Origin: Octopus bimaculoides
Taxonomy: Eukaryota
Direction of reading: 5' to 3'
DNA: 64,000 nt
Assembly (NCBI RefSeq): GCF_001194135.2
Contig: NC_068985.1
Location: 110,366,602 to 110,430,601, forward strand
Shown here: piece after piece, positions 37,001-51,245 of the stretch
Position numbering within the stretch: the stretch's first letter is position 1
Layout: the number at the start of each line of letters is the position of its first letter
Notes under the pieces: model-generated
Told to the model about the DNA's origin: nothing
Seen by the model: the letters and a program-made list of their open reading frames with translations, nothing else
Databases searched by the model: none
Program-made: the position numbers and the translations under genes

Positions 37001-39481
37001 AACTCTTTCTGACCAAAAACACAAAAAAAATTAATTTTGTTACATTGTTATTTATGCCTCTCAGACATACACACACACAGTCCATTGCCAGTACCGCCAG
37101 ACTTGCCCTTGTGCTGNNNNNNNNNNNNNNNNNNNNNNNNNNNNNNNNNNNNNNNNNNNNNNNNNNNNNNNNNNNNNNNNNNNNNNNNNNNNNNNNNNNN
37201 NNNNNNNNNNNNNNNNNNNNNNNNNNNNNNNNNNNNNNNNNNNNNNNNNNNNNNNNNNNNNNNNNNNNNNNNNNNNNNNNNNNNNNNNNNNNNNNNNNNN
37301 NNNNNNNNNNNNNNNNNNNNNNNNNNNNNNNNNNNNNNNNNNNNNNNNNNNNNNNNNNNNNNNNNNNNNNNNNNNNNNNNNNNNNNNNNNNNNNNNNNNN
37401 NNNNNNNNNNNNNNNNNNNNNNNNNNNNNNNNNNNNNNNNNNNNNNNNNNNNNNNNNNNNNNNNNNNNNNNNNNNNNNNNNNNNNNNNNNNNNNNNNNNN
37501 NNNNNNNNNNNNNNNNNNNNNNNNNNNNNNNNNNNNNNNCTGTATTTTCCAGCATACAAGTCTATGTAGTTTGTAGTGTAAATTCAGTGTAAACATTTAA
37601 ATGTTACTATTTTTCCTAATCCTCTTGTATTTCACATGGAATTTTTCGTCCTCCAAAGTACATGAATTGATTTACTGTTTTTGGCAGTAAATTTTAGTTT
37701 AAAAGATTCAACTTGCATGCCAGAAAATATGGCACTTTCCAATTCTAATCTGTGTTTTTTTTTTTTTTTCTCTTTCTCTTTTCATCTTGCTTTTTGGATT
37801 ATCAGTCTTACCGAGATTTCTTTAGTAACATCCCCGATACTAACCTCGTTACTCTTGGAGTGTCAGCATCAGCCATCTTCATCTTGGCTGTCGTTAAAGA
37901 ACACATCAACAACAACCCCAAGATCAAACCAAAGTTGAAAATGCCGGTTCCAATTGAATTAATTATGGTAAGTAGATCTTAACCCAATCTGGATCCAAAT
38001 GCCAGTAAATACTATCACAGCAACAGCTTTGTGCATCAGTATCTCTTATGTGTATATATGTGTGTATATATTTATACAGGTATGGCTTAGTTATTAGAGT
38101 GTTGCACTCACGGTTGCTAGATTGTGGGTTCGATTTCCAAACAAAGTGACATGTTGTTTTCTTGAGTACAACACTTCATTTCACTTTGCTCCAGTCTACT
38201 CAGCTGTAAATGGGTCACACCTCTGACGGAATATCCTTCCGATCAGGGAGAAATCTTGGCCTGCTCACCTAGCCAGTGGGGTGACATCATTTGAAAGCCA
38301 AAATAATGCAAATGAAAATTGTGACCAGCAATGTATAGAAACATCTGATCGTCTGGTTGATCACATGATATATACATACACATGCATAGTTTTGCTGTGT
38401 TAATTACGAAACCATTGGTCTACCGTTAAGTTAAAAGTTTTTAGGAGGTTAGCTTTGAAAGTTGCATTCCCTCGCAATTGGTAAATATGTGCTTATTTTG
38501 GTAGTTTTGTCTTATGAAGGTCCTCTAAGCGTGAGGCATTATTGTATAGTAATGCCCTTATATAAATTAAATTATACACATGCATTTATATATATATATA
38601 TATATATTTATGTAAAGGTGCGTGGTTCAGTGGTTAGAGTGTCAGGCTCACAATCATGAGGGAGTGAGTTCATTTCCCAGACCAGGCTGTGTATTGTGTT
38701 CATGAGCAAGACACTTTATTTCACATTGCTCCAGTTCACTTAGCCGTAAAAATGAGTTGTGATGTCACTGGTATCAAGCTGTATCGGCCTTTGGATAACA
38801 TCAGTGGTATGGAGAGGGGAGACTGGTACGCATGGGCGACTGTTGGTCTTCCATAAATAACCTTGCTTGGAATTGTGCCTCGGAGGGGAACTTTCTAGGT
38901 GCAGTCCCATGGTCATTTATGACTGAAGGTCTTTACCCATATATATATATATACAAGAATAAGGGCAGGGAATCATCAATTAATAATAGAATTAATAATT
39001 AACAATTTTGCCAAGTAGTTCAGTATGAAAAAACCTTTATCGGTAAAACCATTTATCATCATAAATATACAGGGATTAGCATTGAGTTGTTTCTCCAACA
39101 TACTGAAAATTTAGAAATAGCAGTCAAATATATATATATATATATGTATGTATATATTGGTATATATATATATATATATATATGAGTGTTTATTGAGCAA
39201 AAACACCTAAAGCTCCATGAGGCTCTGGCAGGAGGTGGTAGTGAACCCTGCTGCACTCTTTCACCACAACTTTCTCTCACTCTTTCTTCCTGTTACTGTT
39301 GTACCTGTATTTCAAAGGGTCAGCCTTGTCACATTCTGTGTCACACTGAATATCCCCGAGAACTACGTTAAGGGTACACGTATCTGTGGAGTGCTCAGCC
39401 ACTTGCACGTTAATCTCACGAGCAGGCTGTTCCGTTGATCCGATCAGCTGGAACCCTCGTCGTCATAACTGACGGAGTGCC

Positions 39482-39538
<57 letters not shown>

Positions 39539-40978
39539 GAGAAAATGCGATGATGACAGAATAAACGAACCTTATGATCTTCATTAGATTGCAGCTGTTT
39601 CAACTATAAGATGCAGTGAACTCATAAATGAGTGCTTGAGTAACACCTAATGGCTTCATCATCTATCTACACATGTATGTATGTATATATTCTTTTTTAT
39701 ATACATATAGATGATAGATAGATATATTTTGTTGTTTCTGGGGTGAGTCATTCTCTTTTAGTGCCTGACTATTTAACATACTCACAAGCAAAGTTTCCAC
39801 TCATTTACTTATTTATTTTTCCTAAAATTTATGTTGCGTCTTGCAACCTCCTCAGTAGGCACTAAAAGAGAATGACTCCCTCCAGACACAACAAAATATG
39901 TTACAACACATGAACTCACATAAAGAATCTTGCAAACCAAATCCAAAATCGAAATAGATATAGATATGTACGTATTTATGTGTGTGTGTGTATGTATAAA
40001 TATGTGTGTGTGTGTGTGTGTGTGTATAAATATGTGTGTGTGTGTATANNNNNNNNNNNNNNNNNNNNNNNNNNNNNNNNNNNNNNNNNNNNNNNNNNNN
40101 NNNNNNNNNNNNNNNNNNNNNNNNNNNNNNNNNNNNNNNNNNNNNNNNNNNNNNNNNNNNNNNNNNNNNNNNNNNNNNNNNNNNNNNNNNNNNNNNNNNN
40201 NNNNNNNNNNNNNNNNNNNNNNNNNNNNNNNNNNNNNNNNNNNNNNNNNNNNNNNNNNNNNNNNNNNNNNNNNNNNNNNNNNNNNNNNNNNNNNNNNNNN
40301 NNNNNNNNNNNNNNNNNNNNNNNNNNNNNNNNNNNNNNNNNNNNNNNNNNNNNNNNNNNNNNNNNNNNNNNNNNNNNNNNNNNNNNNNNNNNNNNNNNNN
40401 NNNNNNNNNNNNNNNNNNNNNNNNNNNNNNNNNNNNNNNNNNNNNNNNNNNNNNNNNNNNNNNNNNNNNNNNNNNNNNNNNNNNNNNNNNNNNNNNNNNN
40501 NNNNNNNNNNNNNNNNNNNNNNNNNNNNNNNNNNNNNNNNNNNNNNNNNNNNNNNNNNNNNNNNNNNNNNNNNNNNNNNNNNNNNNNNNNNNNNNNNNNN
40601 NNNNNNNNNNNNNNNNNNNNNNNNNNNNNNNNNNNNNNNNNNNNNNNNNNNNNNNNNNNNNNNNNNNNNNNNNNNNNNNNNNNNNNNNNNNNNNNNNNNN
40701 NNNNNNNNNNNNNNNNNNNNNNNNNNNNNNNNNNNNNNNNNNNNNNNNNNNNNNNNNNNNNNNNNNNNNNNNNNNNNNNNNNNNNNNNNNNNNNNNNNNN
40801 NNNNNNNNNNNNNNNNNNNNNNNNNNNNNNNNNNNNNNNNNNNNNNNNNNNNNNNNNNNNNNNNNNNNNNNNNNNNNNNNNNNNNNNNNNNNNNNNNNNN
40901 NNNNNNNNNNNNNNNNNNNNNNNNNGTGGTGGTGGTGGTTGTTGTTGTTGTTGTTGTTGTTGTTAATATTAATATTAC

Positions 40979-41041
<63 letters not shown>

Positions 41042-44000
41042 TATTCAGGTCGTCCTTGGTACAGTAACTTCCTATTTTCTAAAGCTGGGTGATAAACATA
41101 ATGTTGTCATTGTTGGAAACATCCCGACTGGGTGAGTTACTTTTGTGAGACAGCTGTGTTGTTATGGACTTGTAATATGGATGGATGATGCATACTGGTG
41201 TAAATGTGCCATGAGTTAAAGGATAAGGCTAACAAATAGAGCCAAAAAAAAAAATGTCTGAGAAGGCATGTGAGGCTAAGATCTGAGAATGTGAGGCCTC
41301 TCTAGTGAGATAACAACGGAATGAAGTTAAGCAGATGTGATATATGTGTTACATATTTACTTGATGTAGCATGGAAAAATTGATGTTAAAATAATAATAA
41401 TAATGGTAGGTGGTAGGTGACAGTAATGAGCCTATTATCTCCTGGTTAGTTTTATTGCTAATAATATATANNNNNNNNNNTCCCCCCCCCCGCCTCCCAG
41501 TAAATGTTGAAATAATATTTTTTACATTGATTTATCATAATTGAAAATTATATTTTATGCAAAATCATATTAAAAATTAAAATTTTCCATAAATTTAAAC
41601 ATTACACTTGAATTCAATTATAAATTCAATTTTGGACTAAATCAAATTACCCCTTATCCAATCATTGTTTTCTCACATTTGTTCTGATGTTGTTTCAGTA
41701 TTCCTCCACCAACACCACCACCATTTAACTACTTGGCCGAGGTCGTGACAGATGCTATAGCCATATCTATTGTAGCTTTTGCTATCAACGTGTCCATGTG
41801 TAAAATGCTAGCTAGGAAACATGACTATGATATCAACCCCAACCAGGTAACAATTGTTTGTTTTCTTCATCTTCTGTTAAATAGATATTAATACATGCCT
41901 TTTCTTCTCTATTATAAAAGCTATGTGTCTCTGGTGATTTGATAATAAATTTGGTTATGTCTGTATTATGTAACTAATGATCAACTTATGTTAATGAAAT
42001 GTACATAAAATAGAAGCCCGTCGTATATATGTATATATATGTGTGTGTGTATGTTTGGATGTCTGTGTTTGTCCCCCCAACATCGCTTGACAACCGATCC
42101 GATGGTGGTGTGTTTATGTCCCCATAACATAGCGGTTTGGCAAAAGAGACCAATAGAATAAGTAATAGGCTTCCACAGAATAAGTCCTAGGGTCAATTTG
42201 CTCGACTAAAGGTGGTGCTCCAGCGTGGCTGCAGTCAAATGACTGGAAACAAGTAAAAGAATAAAAGAATACATTTATTCAAACTTTGTTTTCTTTTAAT
42301 GTTAGGATGAACAAAAGCAAAGTTCTTCACTGCATACAGTACTGGTTCCAAATTGTACTTCATCAACCTCTGTACAAACACATACTGTTTTTATTAACTC
42401 TGATTTATTGAGCATTTAAACTAGAAGAGCTCTACACTTCTGATGACAAGGGCAAAATATATGTGAACTTTTATATGTAACTTTATTGTTGCTATTCTCT
42501 ATTCTTGTTGGGAACACCAGTTTTTCAAACAAATGATCTTCTTTGTGATAGATCGGCACAACACATGCTTACAAGTGTAGATTGACATGATTGGGCAACA
42601 CATACTCTTTTACTCTTTTACTTGTTTCAGTCATTTTGACTGCGGCCATGCTGGAGCACCGCCTTTAGTCGAGAAATTGGACCCCAGGACTTATTCTTTT
42701 TGTAAACCTAGTACTTATTCTATCGGTCTCTTTTTGCCAAACCGCTAAGTTACGGGGACGTAAACACACCAGCATCGGTTGTCAAGTGATGGTGGGGGGA
42801 CAAACACAGACACGCAAACACACACACACNNNNNNNNNNNNNNNNNNNNNNNNNNNNNNNNNNNNNNNNNNNNNNNNNNNNNNNNNNNNNNNNNNNNNNN
42901 NNNNNNNNNNNNNNNNNNNNNNNNNNNNNNNATATATATATATATACATATATACGACGGGCTTCTTTCAATTTCCGTCTACCAAATCCACTCACAAGGC
43001 TTTGGTCGGCCTGAGGCTATAGTAGAAGACACTTGCCCAAGGTGCCACACAGTGGGACTGAACCCGGAACCATGTGGTTGGTAAGCAAGCTATTTACCAC
43101 ACAGCCACTCCTGCGCCTGTTTACAAGTTTATAAGCATTTACGACTCTGCTCTATGTTGGTAACTTTGACCTGTCAAACTAACTGCTACTACCTAGAATT
43201 ATGTTGAATTTGTGTTCAAACCTTCTTCTGCCACCACTATATCATGCGAATCCTGATAACTCTTCTACAAACCTTAATACAATTGTGCAAAGTGTCAACC
43301 AACTCTATGCTAACACAGCCAGACTGATATTATTTGCAAGAGCCAATATAACTCAAAAGTGACAGACAGCTTACAGTTATGCTGTCAGATACTAATAACA
43401 ATGGATGGCTCCTTAATCATACGTGTTCCGTCATGAGCATTCTTTTTGTTTTAAGGTATCTAATACTGTGTTATCTAATATGACCTTCAGTTGAGTTTGA
43501 TTTTTTAAAAGATTTTAACTGCTATTTCTAGTAGAGTGAATGACCACATTGAGATCCCTTCATTGGCTCATGTAAAAGATGGCTGTTAACAATTCTGGAT
43601 ATGGCATGGTTTCCAAGAAATGTTGCATGTCATGATGGTGCCTCTATGAACACGAAAAGTCCTCAACTAAAGCCCTTGTGATCCCATCAAGTACTAGGCC
43701 TCACTATCTGTCATAGGGGCACTTTCTTAACAGAATAAAGACTCTATCACAAAACAAAACAAACAAAAAAAAAAAGAAGGCCCCTTCCTCTTCAAAGCCA
43801 GTAAATATTTCAGGCTTTAACAATTATTGACTCCTTACAAAGCTCAGGGATACTCATAATGGAGTATTGCTCCTACATCTAGGATAGCTTTGCTACCACA
43901 CATCATACATACGTCTTAGATCATATATAGAAAATACCACTCAAATGATTGGCAGGAAGTCACTTATAAACACACTTCAGCCTCTAGCTTACAGATATTA

Positions 44001-47000
44001 AAGCTTGCTTTGCAACCATGTGATTTCAGGTTCAGTACCACTGCACAGCTAGTGTCTCTTTGGCTTAGTGTTTTCTACTATGGATCTGGGCTGACCAATT
44101 CCTTGTGAGTGAATTTGTGGCAGAAGGAAACTGTGTGGAAGCCCATTGTATATATGTATTCGTGTGTCTTTATATATGTGTTGGGGCCACACACACACTC
44201 CCACCTCTGCCACCCAACCATTGCTTGACGACCAGTGTTGCATCCCTGTGACTTAGCTGTTCAGCAAAGGAAACTAATAGAATAAGTACCACTCTTGAAA
44301 AAACATCAGTGCTGGGGTTGATCTGTTTGACTAAACCCTTCAAGGTAGTGCTCCGGCTTGGCTGCTGTTCCAGTACCTGAAATGTGTTAAAGGTAAAGGT
44401 ATTGTCTAGAATCATCATCATCATCATTTAATGCCTATTGTCCATGCTGGCATGGGTTGGATAGTTTGACCAGTCTGATTTGGTATGGTTTCTACAGTTG
44501 GATGCCCTTTGTTACACCACCCACTCTGAGAGTGTAATGGGTGCTTTTACATGCTACCGGCATGGGTGCTCGTTACATGACACTAGTATCTGCCACAACT
44601 ACAATTTTGCTTGGCTTGAAAGACCTTCTTCTGAAACACAGCATATTGCCAAAGATCTTGGTGATCTGTCATTGCCTCTATGAGGCCCAACACTTGAAAG
44701 GTACTTTGTACGTGACACCGGCATTGGCCACATTGCCTCCATGAGGCCCAATGTTCAAAAGGGGCTTTTTGCATGTCACCTGAATGGGTGCCAGTTACAT
44801 GACACTCTGCCTTCTTTGTTTTTAAGAAAGTAGAAATCTTATGTGAGAGGTATTTAGTAATTTATTGTAACACTGATGTGATAATACCATAAATATCAGA
44901 AGCACTTGCTAACAGTTCTGTGAAACATCTGTTCTTTGTTGCAGGAATTAATTGCTTATGGTTTCTGCAATGTCTTCAGTTCCTTTTTCTCAGCCTTCTG
45001 CAGTGCCGTCTCACTCTCAAGAAGTCTTGTCCAAGAAAATGTTGGCTGTAAAACTCAGGTAAAGTCATAAATGCCTTGTTTATTATTATTATTTTTTTTT
45101 TCTGTTCAACAAAGAACAGTACTCCATTGTTCACAGGTTTTTGATTTAAAAAAATGGGATTAGATTACCAATGCAGTGTTTACTGATTAACTGTTAGGAA
45201 TTTTTTTTAATGATATTATGTTCACCACCATATTATTTATTGATAGTATTCACTGTTTAACTGATTACTAGTATAGCGTTTATTAATAAGATGTTCAATC
45301 ATTGTTACATTTAACAAAATATAGTATACTGAAGTATCAGGTCATTAAGAATGAAATATCTGGTTTTGAACTGAAAGTTTATTTTACTTTATCTCAACAA
45401 AAAGCAAAGCAGTTAATCAAAGTATGCACCTAAATCATGAACACGATTTTGCCATTTCATCGATAGCTTATTTATGCCAGCATAAATAAGCTAAGAATTC
45501 TGTAATGAAATCATGAAAGGCTGTTTTTGCATCTTCTTCAGATTTGAAGTTTTTTCGTTGCAAAAAGTTGTCTAATGCCTGGAAAACGTGATAGTCAGTT
45601 GGTGCAAGGTCTGGTGAATATGGTGGATGACAGAGTACTTCCAAGTTCAGTTCCTATAACTTGAGTAGTGTTCTTTGTGCTACTTGTGGTCAAGTATTGT
45701 CTTACAAGAGAATTGGCTTGTCTCTATTGACCAGTCTCAGTTGTTTTATTGCTAGTTCACTCATCAATTCATCCAATTGGTTGAGGTATACATCTGCTGT
45801 AATTGACTGATCAGGTCTCATGAAGCTGTAGTGAATGACACCAGCGCTAGATCACCAAACAGACACCATTAGCTTTTTTGGGGGAATATTCTTTTTTGGG
45901 CTGTGTTTTGGCACTTCTTCTCTATCCAACCACTGTGCAGAACACTTGCTATTGTTGAAAAGAATCCATTTTTCATCACACGTAACAATACGATGCAAAA
46001 ATGGTTTGCTTTATGCTATGACAGCAAAGAACAGCAAGTTTCAAGATGACATGTCATTTGATGCTCGTCCAGTTCATGTGGTACCCACTCATTCTGCTTC
46101 TTTACCCTGCCGATTTGTTTCAGATGGTCCAATACAGCTGAAATCGAAATATCAAACCTTGCTGTTAACTCACGCATACTTTGAGATGTATCCGCTTCCA
46201 CTGCAGTTTCCAGCTCATTATTCACCTTGGTCTCAGGTCTACCACGGGGCTGATTTTCAAGAGTAAAGTCACCAGACAGGAACTTCTCAAACCATTGACA
46301 TACAGTGCACTCATTTGCCACATCTTCACCAAACACCTCATTGATGTTTCAAGTTGTCTGGGATGCATTGGTTCCATCATGGAACTCATACATTAAACAA
46401 CATGAATTTTTGATCAATCCATGGGTTCACGAAAACTGATTTACAAGAGAAAACTCACAATATAATCAAACAGCATGAATTGCATTTCAAAAGGTGATGA
46501 TGTAACTCTTCAATGTTGCAAAACAAAGAATAGTCAGGATAAAACATTAGAGTTGACGACTGTCAAACTTGATGCATAAGAAAATCAGACATTTCATTCT
46601 TAATGACCTGATAATATTTTATGGTGAACTGTTTACTGATGTGGTATGTTGCTTGTGAACTGTTTACTATTGTGCTATGATGTTAGTGAACTGTTTACCA
46701 ATGAATTGTTTACTAATGTGGCATCCTACTTGTGAACTATTTATTAGTATGGTTTGCTGCTGGTGAAGTGTTTACTGATGTGGTATGCTGTTGGGTATCT
46801 GTTGAAAATTATACTATTTACTGTTGGACTGTTCACTATCTTTGTTCTTGCTGGAGTGTTGTTCATTGATGAACTGTCTACTGATGGTTTACTGAACTGT
46901 TAACTATTAAAATAGATTCTACTGCGATTTATGAAACTAATGTATACTAGTACAATTGTTTACCACAACAGCATATACCACTTTCATCTTTACCATTGCT

Positions 47001-50000
47001 GGAGATGTACCACATTGTGTACATCTACAGTGTATTCTTTTTCAATGTTTACCACTTCTATGTTCACTAACACAGTGTTGACAATCCTCCTCCAGTTTTT
47101 TTATTGTTTAGTTTCGCAATTTTAAGCACCAGAATGCAAATAGGCCTTTCCTGCTTCATTAACTATACAATTCTTTGTTGCTGCAGGTGACTGGTTTATT
47201 CTCATCGGTGCTAATCCTAATAGTACTCCTTGTTGTTGGTCCCTTGTTCAGGACCTTACCAAATGTAAGTTGTAAATTTTTCACCTCTTGATTATAAAGT
47301 ATTGTAATCATCATCATTATCATCATCATCACCATCATCATTGGAATTTTGAAAGAAGTTTCTATAAAACAAGGTTTTAAACAGCAAATGACTATGGGTG
47401 GGGAGGGGGGTCCACCAGAATAAAATAGTAATCACAGAGGTCCATAGATAAAAAAATGGTTGCGAACCCCTGGATAAGATGGTTCAAAAGGAACTGACAT
47501 ACCAGAAGACTTAACCAAACACTAGTGAGGTACCAAAATGACTTGCAAGATTAGACGCTTCCACCCACCCCTAACTTACTTAACTGAGCAGGGAGCTGTA
47601 TTTAGGGAAGTGGCTTTATGTCAGGTGATGAGAGGCGGATTGGAATGGATAGGATAGCTGGATTGGAATGGATGTCTTGCTGAAGGGAGATAATTTGAGA
47701 AGTATTACTAATCTAAGAAAGGTATATATATTAATTTAAGAAAGCAGGTATTTATACTAAATTGAAAAACAAGTGTATTTACTAATTTGAGAAAAAAGCA
47801 TATATACTAATTTGCGAATATTTGTATGTCTATATTACGGAGATGTACTTGCATAGCAAGTGACCTGATCTGAGATCGTGTGCTGGAACGAAAACAATTG
47901 CAGCGTGGAAGGTGTTTATAAGCCATTTAAAATAACACACAAAAGCCATTAGATTCACTTCAACATTTAAATTTAATTTGTCAAAATATTTTCGTTGCTT
48001 CGAGACCAAGACCTGTTCACTGACAAAATTCTGTGCTGCATCTCTGAATTTAAATGTTGAAGTGAATCTAATGGTTTTTGTGTCTTATTTTAAATGGCTT
48101 ATAAACACCTTCCACGCTGCAATTGTATATTGTCTTTACTCTTTTACTTGTTTCAGTCTTTTGACTGTGGCCATGCTGGAACACCGCCTTTTAGTCGAGC
48201 AAATCGACCCCAGGACTTATNNNNNNNNNNNNNNNNNNNNNNNNNNNNNNNNNNNNNNNNNNNNNNNNNNNNNNNNNNNNNNNNNNNNNNNNNNNNNNNN
48301 NTATATATATATATATATATATATGTGTTAGGAAGGGCATCCAGCTGTAGAAACTCTGCCAAATTTAGATTGGAGCCTGGTGTTGCCATCCGGTTTCACC
48401 AGTCCTCAGTCAAGTCGTCCAACCCATGCTAGCATGGAAAGCGGAAGTTAAACGATGATGATGATATATATACTAATTTGAGAAAGAGGTGTATATACTA
48501 ATTAATTGTAAATTCTCCAGCTTTACAGTCAGAAAGCTGAGGGAGGACACCTGTGTAGTTACTCAACCTGTTAAAATGAACATAAATCTCCTTCAAATCA
48601 CATCTTATTATCTTGGGAGGAAAAAAATAGGCTCATTGAATAATATAAGCTATTAACCAATGAGAATAATAATAATTAATCCTGGAAATAAAATAAAATT
48701 AATGCTAAACAATTTTAATGCTGTTAGCTCAGCTGTCATTTGTAATTCTTTGTGCATCATTTCCAAAGCGCAATAATTAAAACATTATACATCAAAACCT
48801 TATTAAATATCAAATAATAATGATTTTTAACAAAGGTACAAGGCCAAAAATTTGAGATGGGACAGTAATAGTAACAGCCAATTGAATCAATTGAAGTAGT
48901 TGACTGATTCTTGTTATATTGAACCAAAGAAAAAGAGAAGTAGAGCCAACGGCAGTGAGCTTTGAATTTAAATTGTAAAACCAAAAAAGACTACTGAATT
49001 TATCCATCACTCTAGGAATACTAATCAGTGATGTAGACATAATAACAGAAACATAATATTATGTCAGAAAGTCGCAAATATATAGAGGAGAGGATTAAAA
49101 ATGCATGACATAGGTGTTTTTCAATAGTATCAACAATACAGGTGGAGTAAAATTTGCTTCAGACGGGAAATAAAATTACATAAAAGATGGGATGATTATG
49201 TCTGAGCTCAGTAAACCAGATTACCTGAGGATTAAATTGTAACAACAGTTCCATTTCTTTTGATCATTGTTTTGTTTAAATTCATTGTCAAAAGACCTCT
49301 TCTTTGTTTCCACATTTCACAAACATCATACTCACTTGAACTTCAGGGCTGGCTCTATGTAAACTGTGCAATTGCTTAACCCTTTAGCATTCAAATTATT
49401 CTGTCAAACCATAATGCTTTTTTATTTACATTGTTTTGAATTAAGCAATCATTATCTCATAGATTGAAATTTTTGATGATGTGATTTTTATATTTTTAGA
49501 ATGACATTGCAGGGTGGATGTGAGAGGCTTTTGAACATAAAACTGAAAGAATACTTGGGTTGGATATCGCCAGTTTAAATCCTAATGGGTTAAGGTGCTG
49601 AAATTTGAGGATCACACATAAGCTCAGAACAACTTATACATAATTTCATAATTCAACTAAAAAAAAAAAAAAGACACTTAAATGGGGAAGGAGGAGGATT
49701 TTTCAGCTAGTACAAAAGACAGTGATGGATGAAGGAAGTTCTAGGAAAAAAAATTAGTGAAGGATGCCCATTATAGAGTTGGAAGACAAAGGCACACGTT
49801 GTTGTTGGCACTTCGTCGCTTACGACGTCGAGGATTCCAGTTGATCCGATCAACGTAACAACCTGCTCGTGAAATTAACGTGCAAGTGGCTGAGCACTCC
49901 ACAGACACGTGTACCCTTAACGTAGTTCTCGGGGATATTCAGCGTGACACAGTGTGACAAGGCTGACCCTTTGAATTACAGGCACAACAGAAACAGGAAG

Positions 50001-51207
50001 TAAGAGTGAGAGAAAGTTGTAGTGAAAGAGTACCGCAGGGTTCGCCACCATCCCCTGCCGGAGCCTCATGGAGCTTTAAGTGTTTTCGCTCAATAAACAC
50101 ACACAACGCCCGGTCTGGGAATCGGAACCACGATCCTATGACCGCGAGTCCGCTGCCCTAACCACTGGGCCATTGCACCTCCATGCACACATTGAGAAGA
50201 GAATAAACAGTGTAGGGCTGGGAGAAGGAATTGTATATTGTAGGGCTGAGATAGAAGGTGCATGCATATTATTGGGCTGAGATAGAGTGTGCATATCATG
50301 GGGCTGGAAGAAGGTAATGTATGTTGTATGGAATATAGGGACATATATTATAAGGCTGAATTAAGGTGTTTAATATCCTGGCACTGCTCTGTAAAACTTC
50401 TTTCAAATTCTTCATTTCACTGTTTTAATGTACAATTTATTTTATTTTATTTTATTTTATTTATTAAATAATTATCTATTAAATAATTATCTATTAAATA
50501 ATTATTAAATAATTTATTTTATTTTATTTTATTTAATGCACAATTGATTTTAATTTCCTGCTTCATTTCAATTCTCTCTTTCTCTCTTTTATTCCAGTGT
50601 GTTCTGGCTTCAATTATAATTGTGGCATTGAAGGGAATGTTCCGACAATTTACAGAACTTCATCGTCTCTGGTGGATCTCAAAAATAGATTTTGTAAGTT
50701 ATCTAGAAATCAGTTTTCTTTTTTTTTCTTTTTCTTTTTTTCAGATTTGTATTTTTTTTTCATAGCAACAGGATTTGATGTGATACCTAGTAATGTATCT
50801 GACACAATTTGTGGCCCTCATAAAAGACCCTGAAAACATTTTTTTTTAATGTTTTTTTTTATATCAACCTTCCTGCGACTATTCCTGGTTCTATGATACA
50901 AATTTCCTATTTTGAGGTGATCTAAATGAAAACTTTCACAAGCAATAAAAGAAATCAATAAGAAATAACTTAAGCCAGTGTGGAAACCCCTTTATAGTAG
51001 CTTGACCTGCTAGAAATAGCAGGCATGTCACTCTCTTTCCACACTTTACTATCTTTAGAAATACAGAATGATGCACATGATTAGCACCATCACCACTGCA
51101 ATTTAATGTCCATTTTTCCATGCTTGCATGGGTCAAATGGAATTTGTTGAAGCACATTTTCTACAGACAGATATCCTTCCTGTCTTGTTTTTCCTGTCTA
51201 ACCTCTT

Positions 51208-51245
<38 letters not shown>

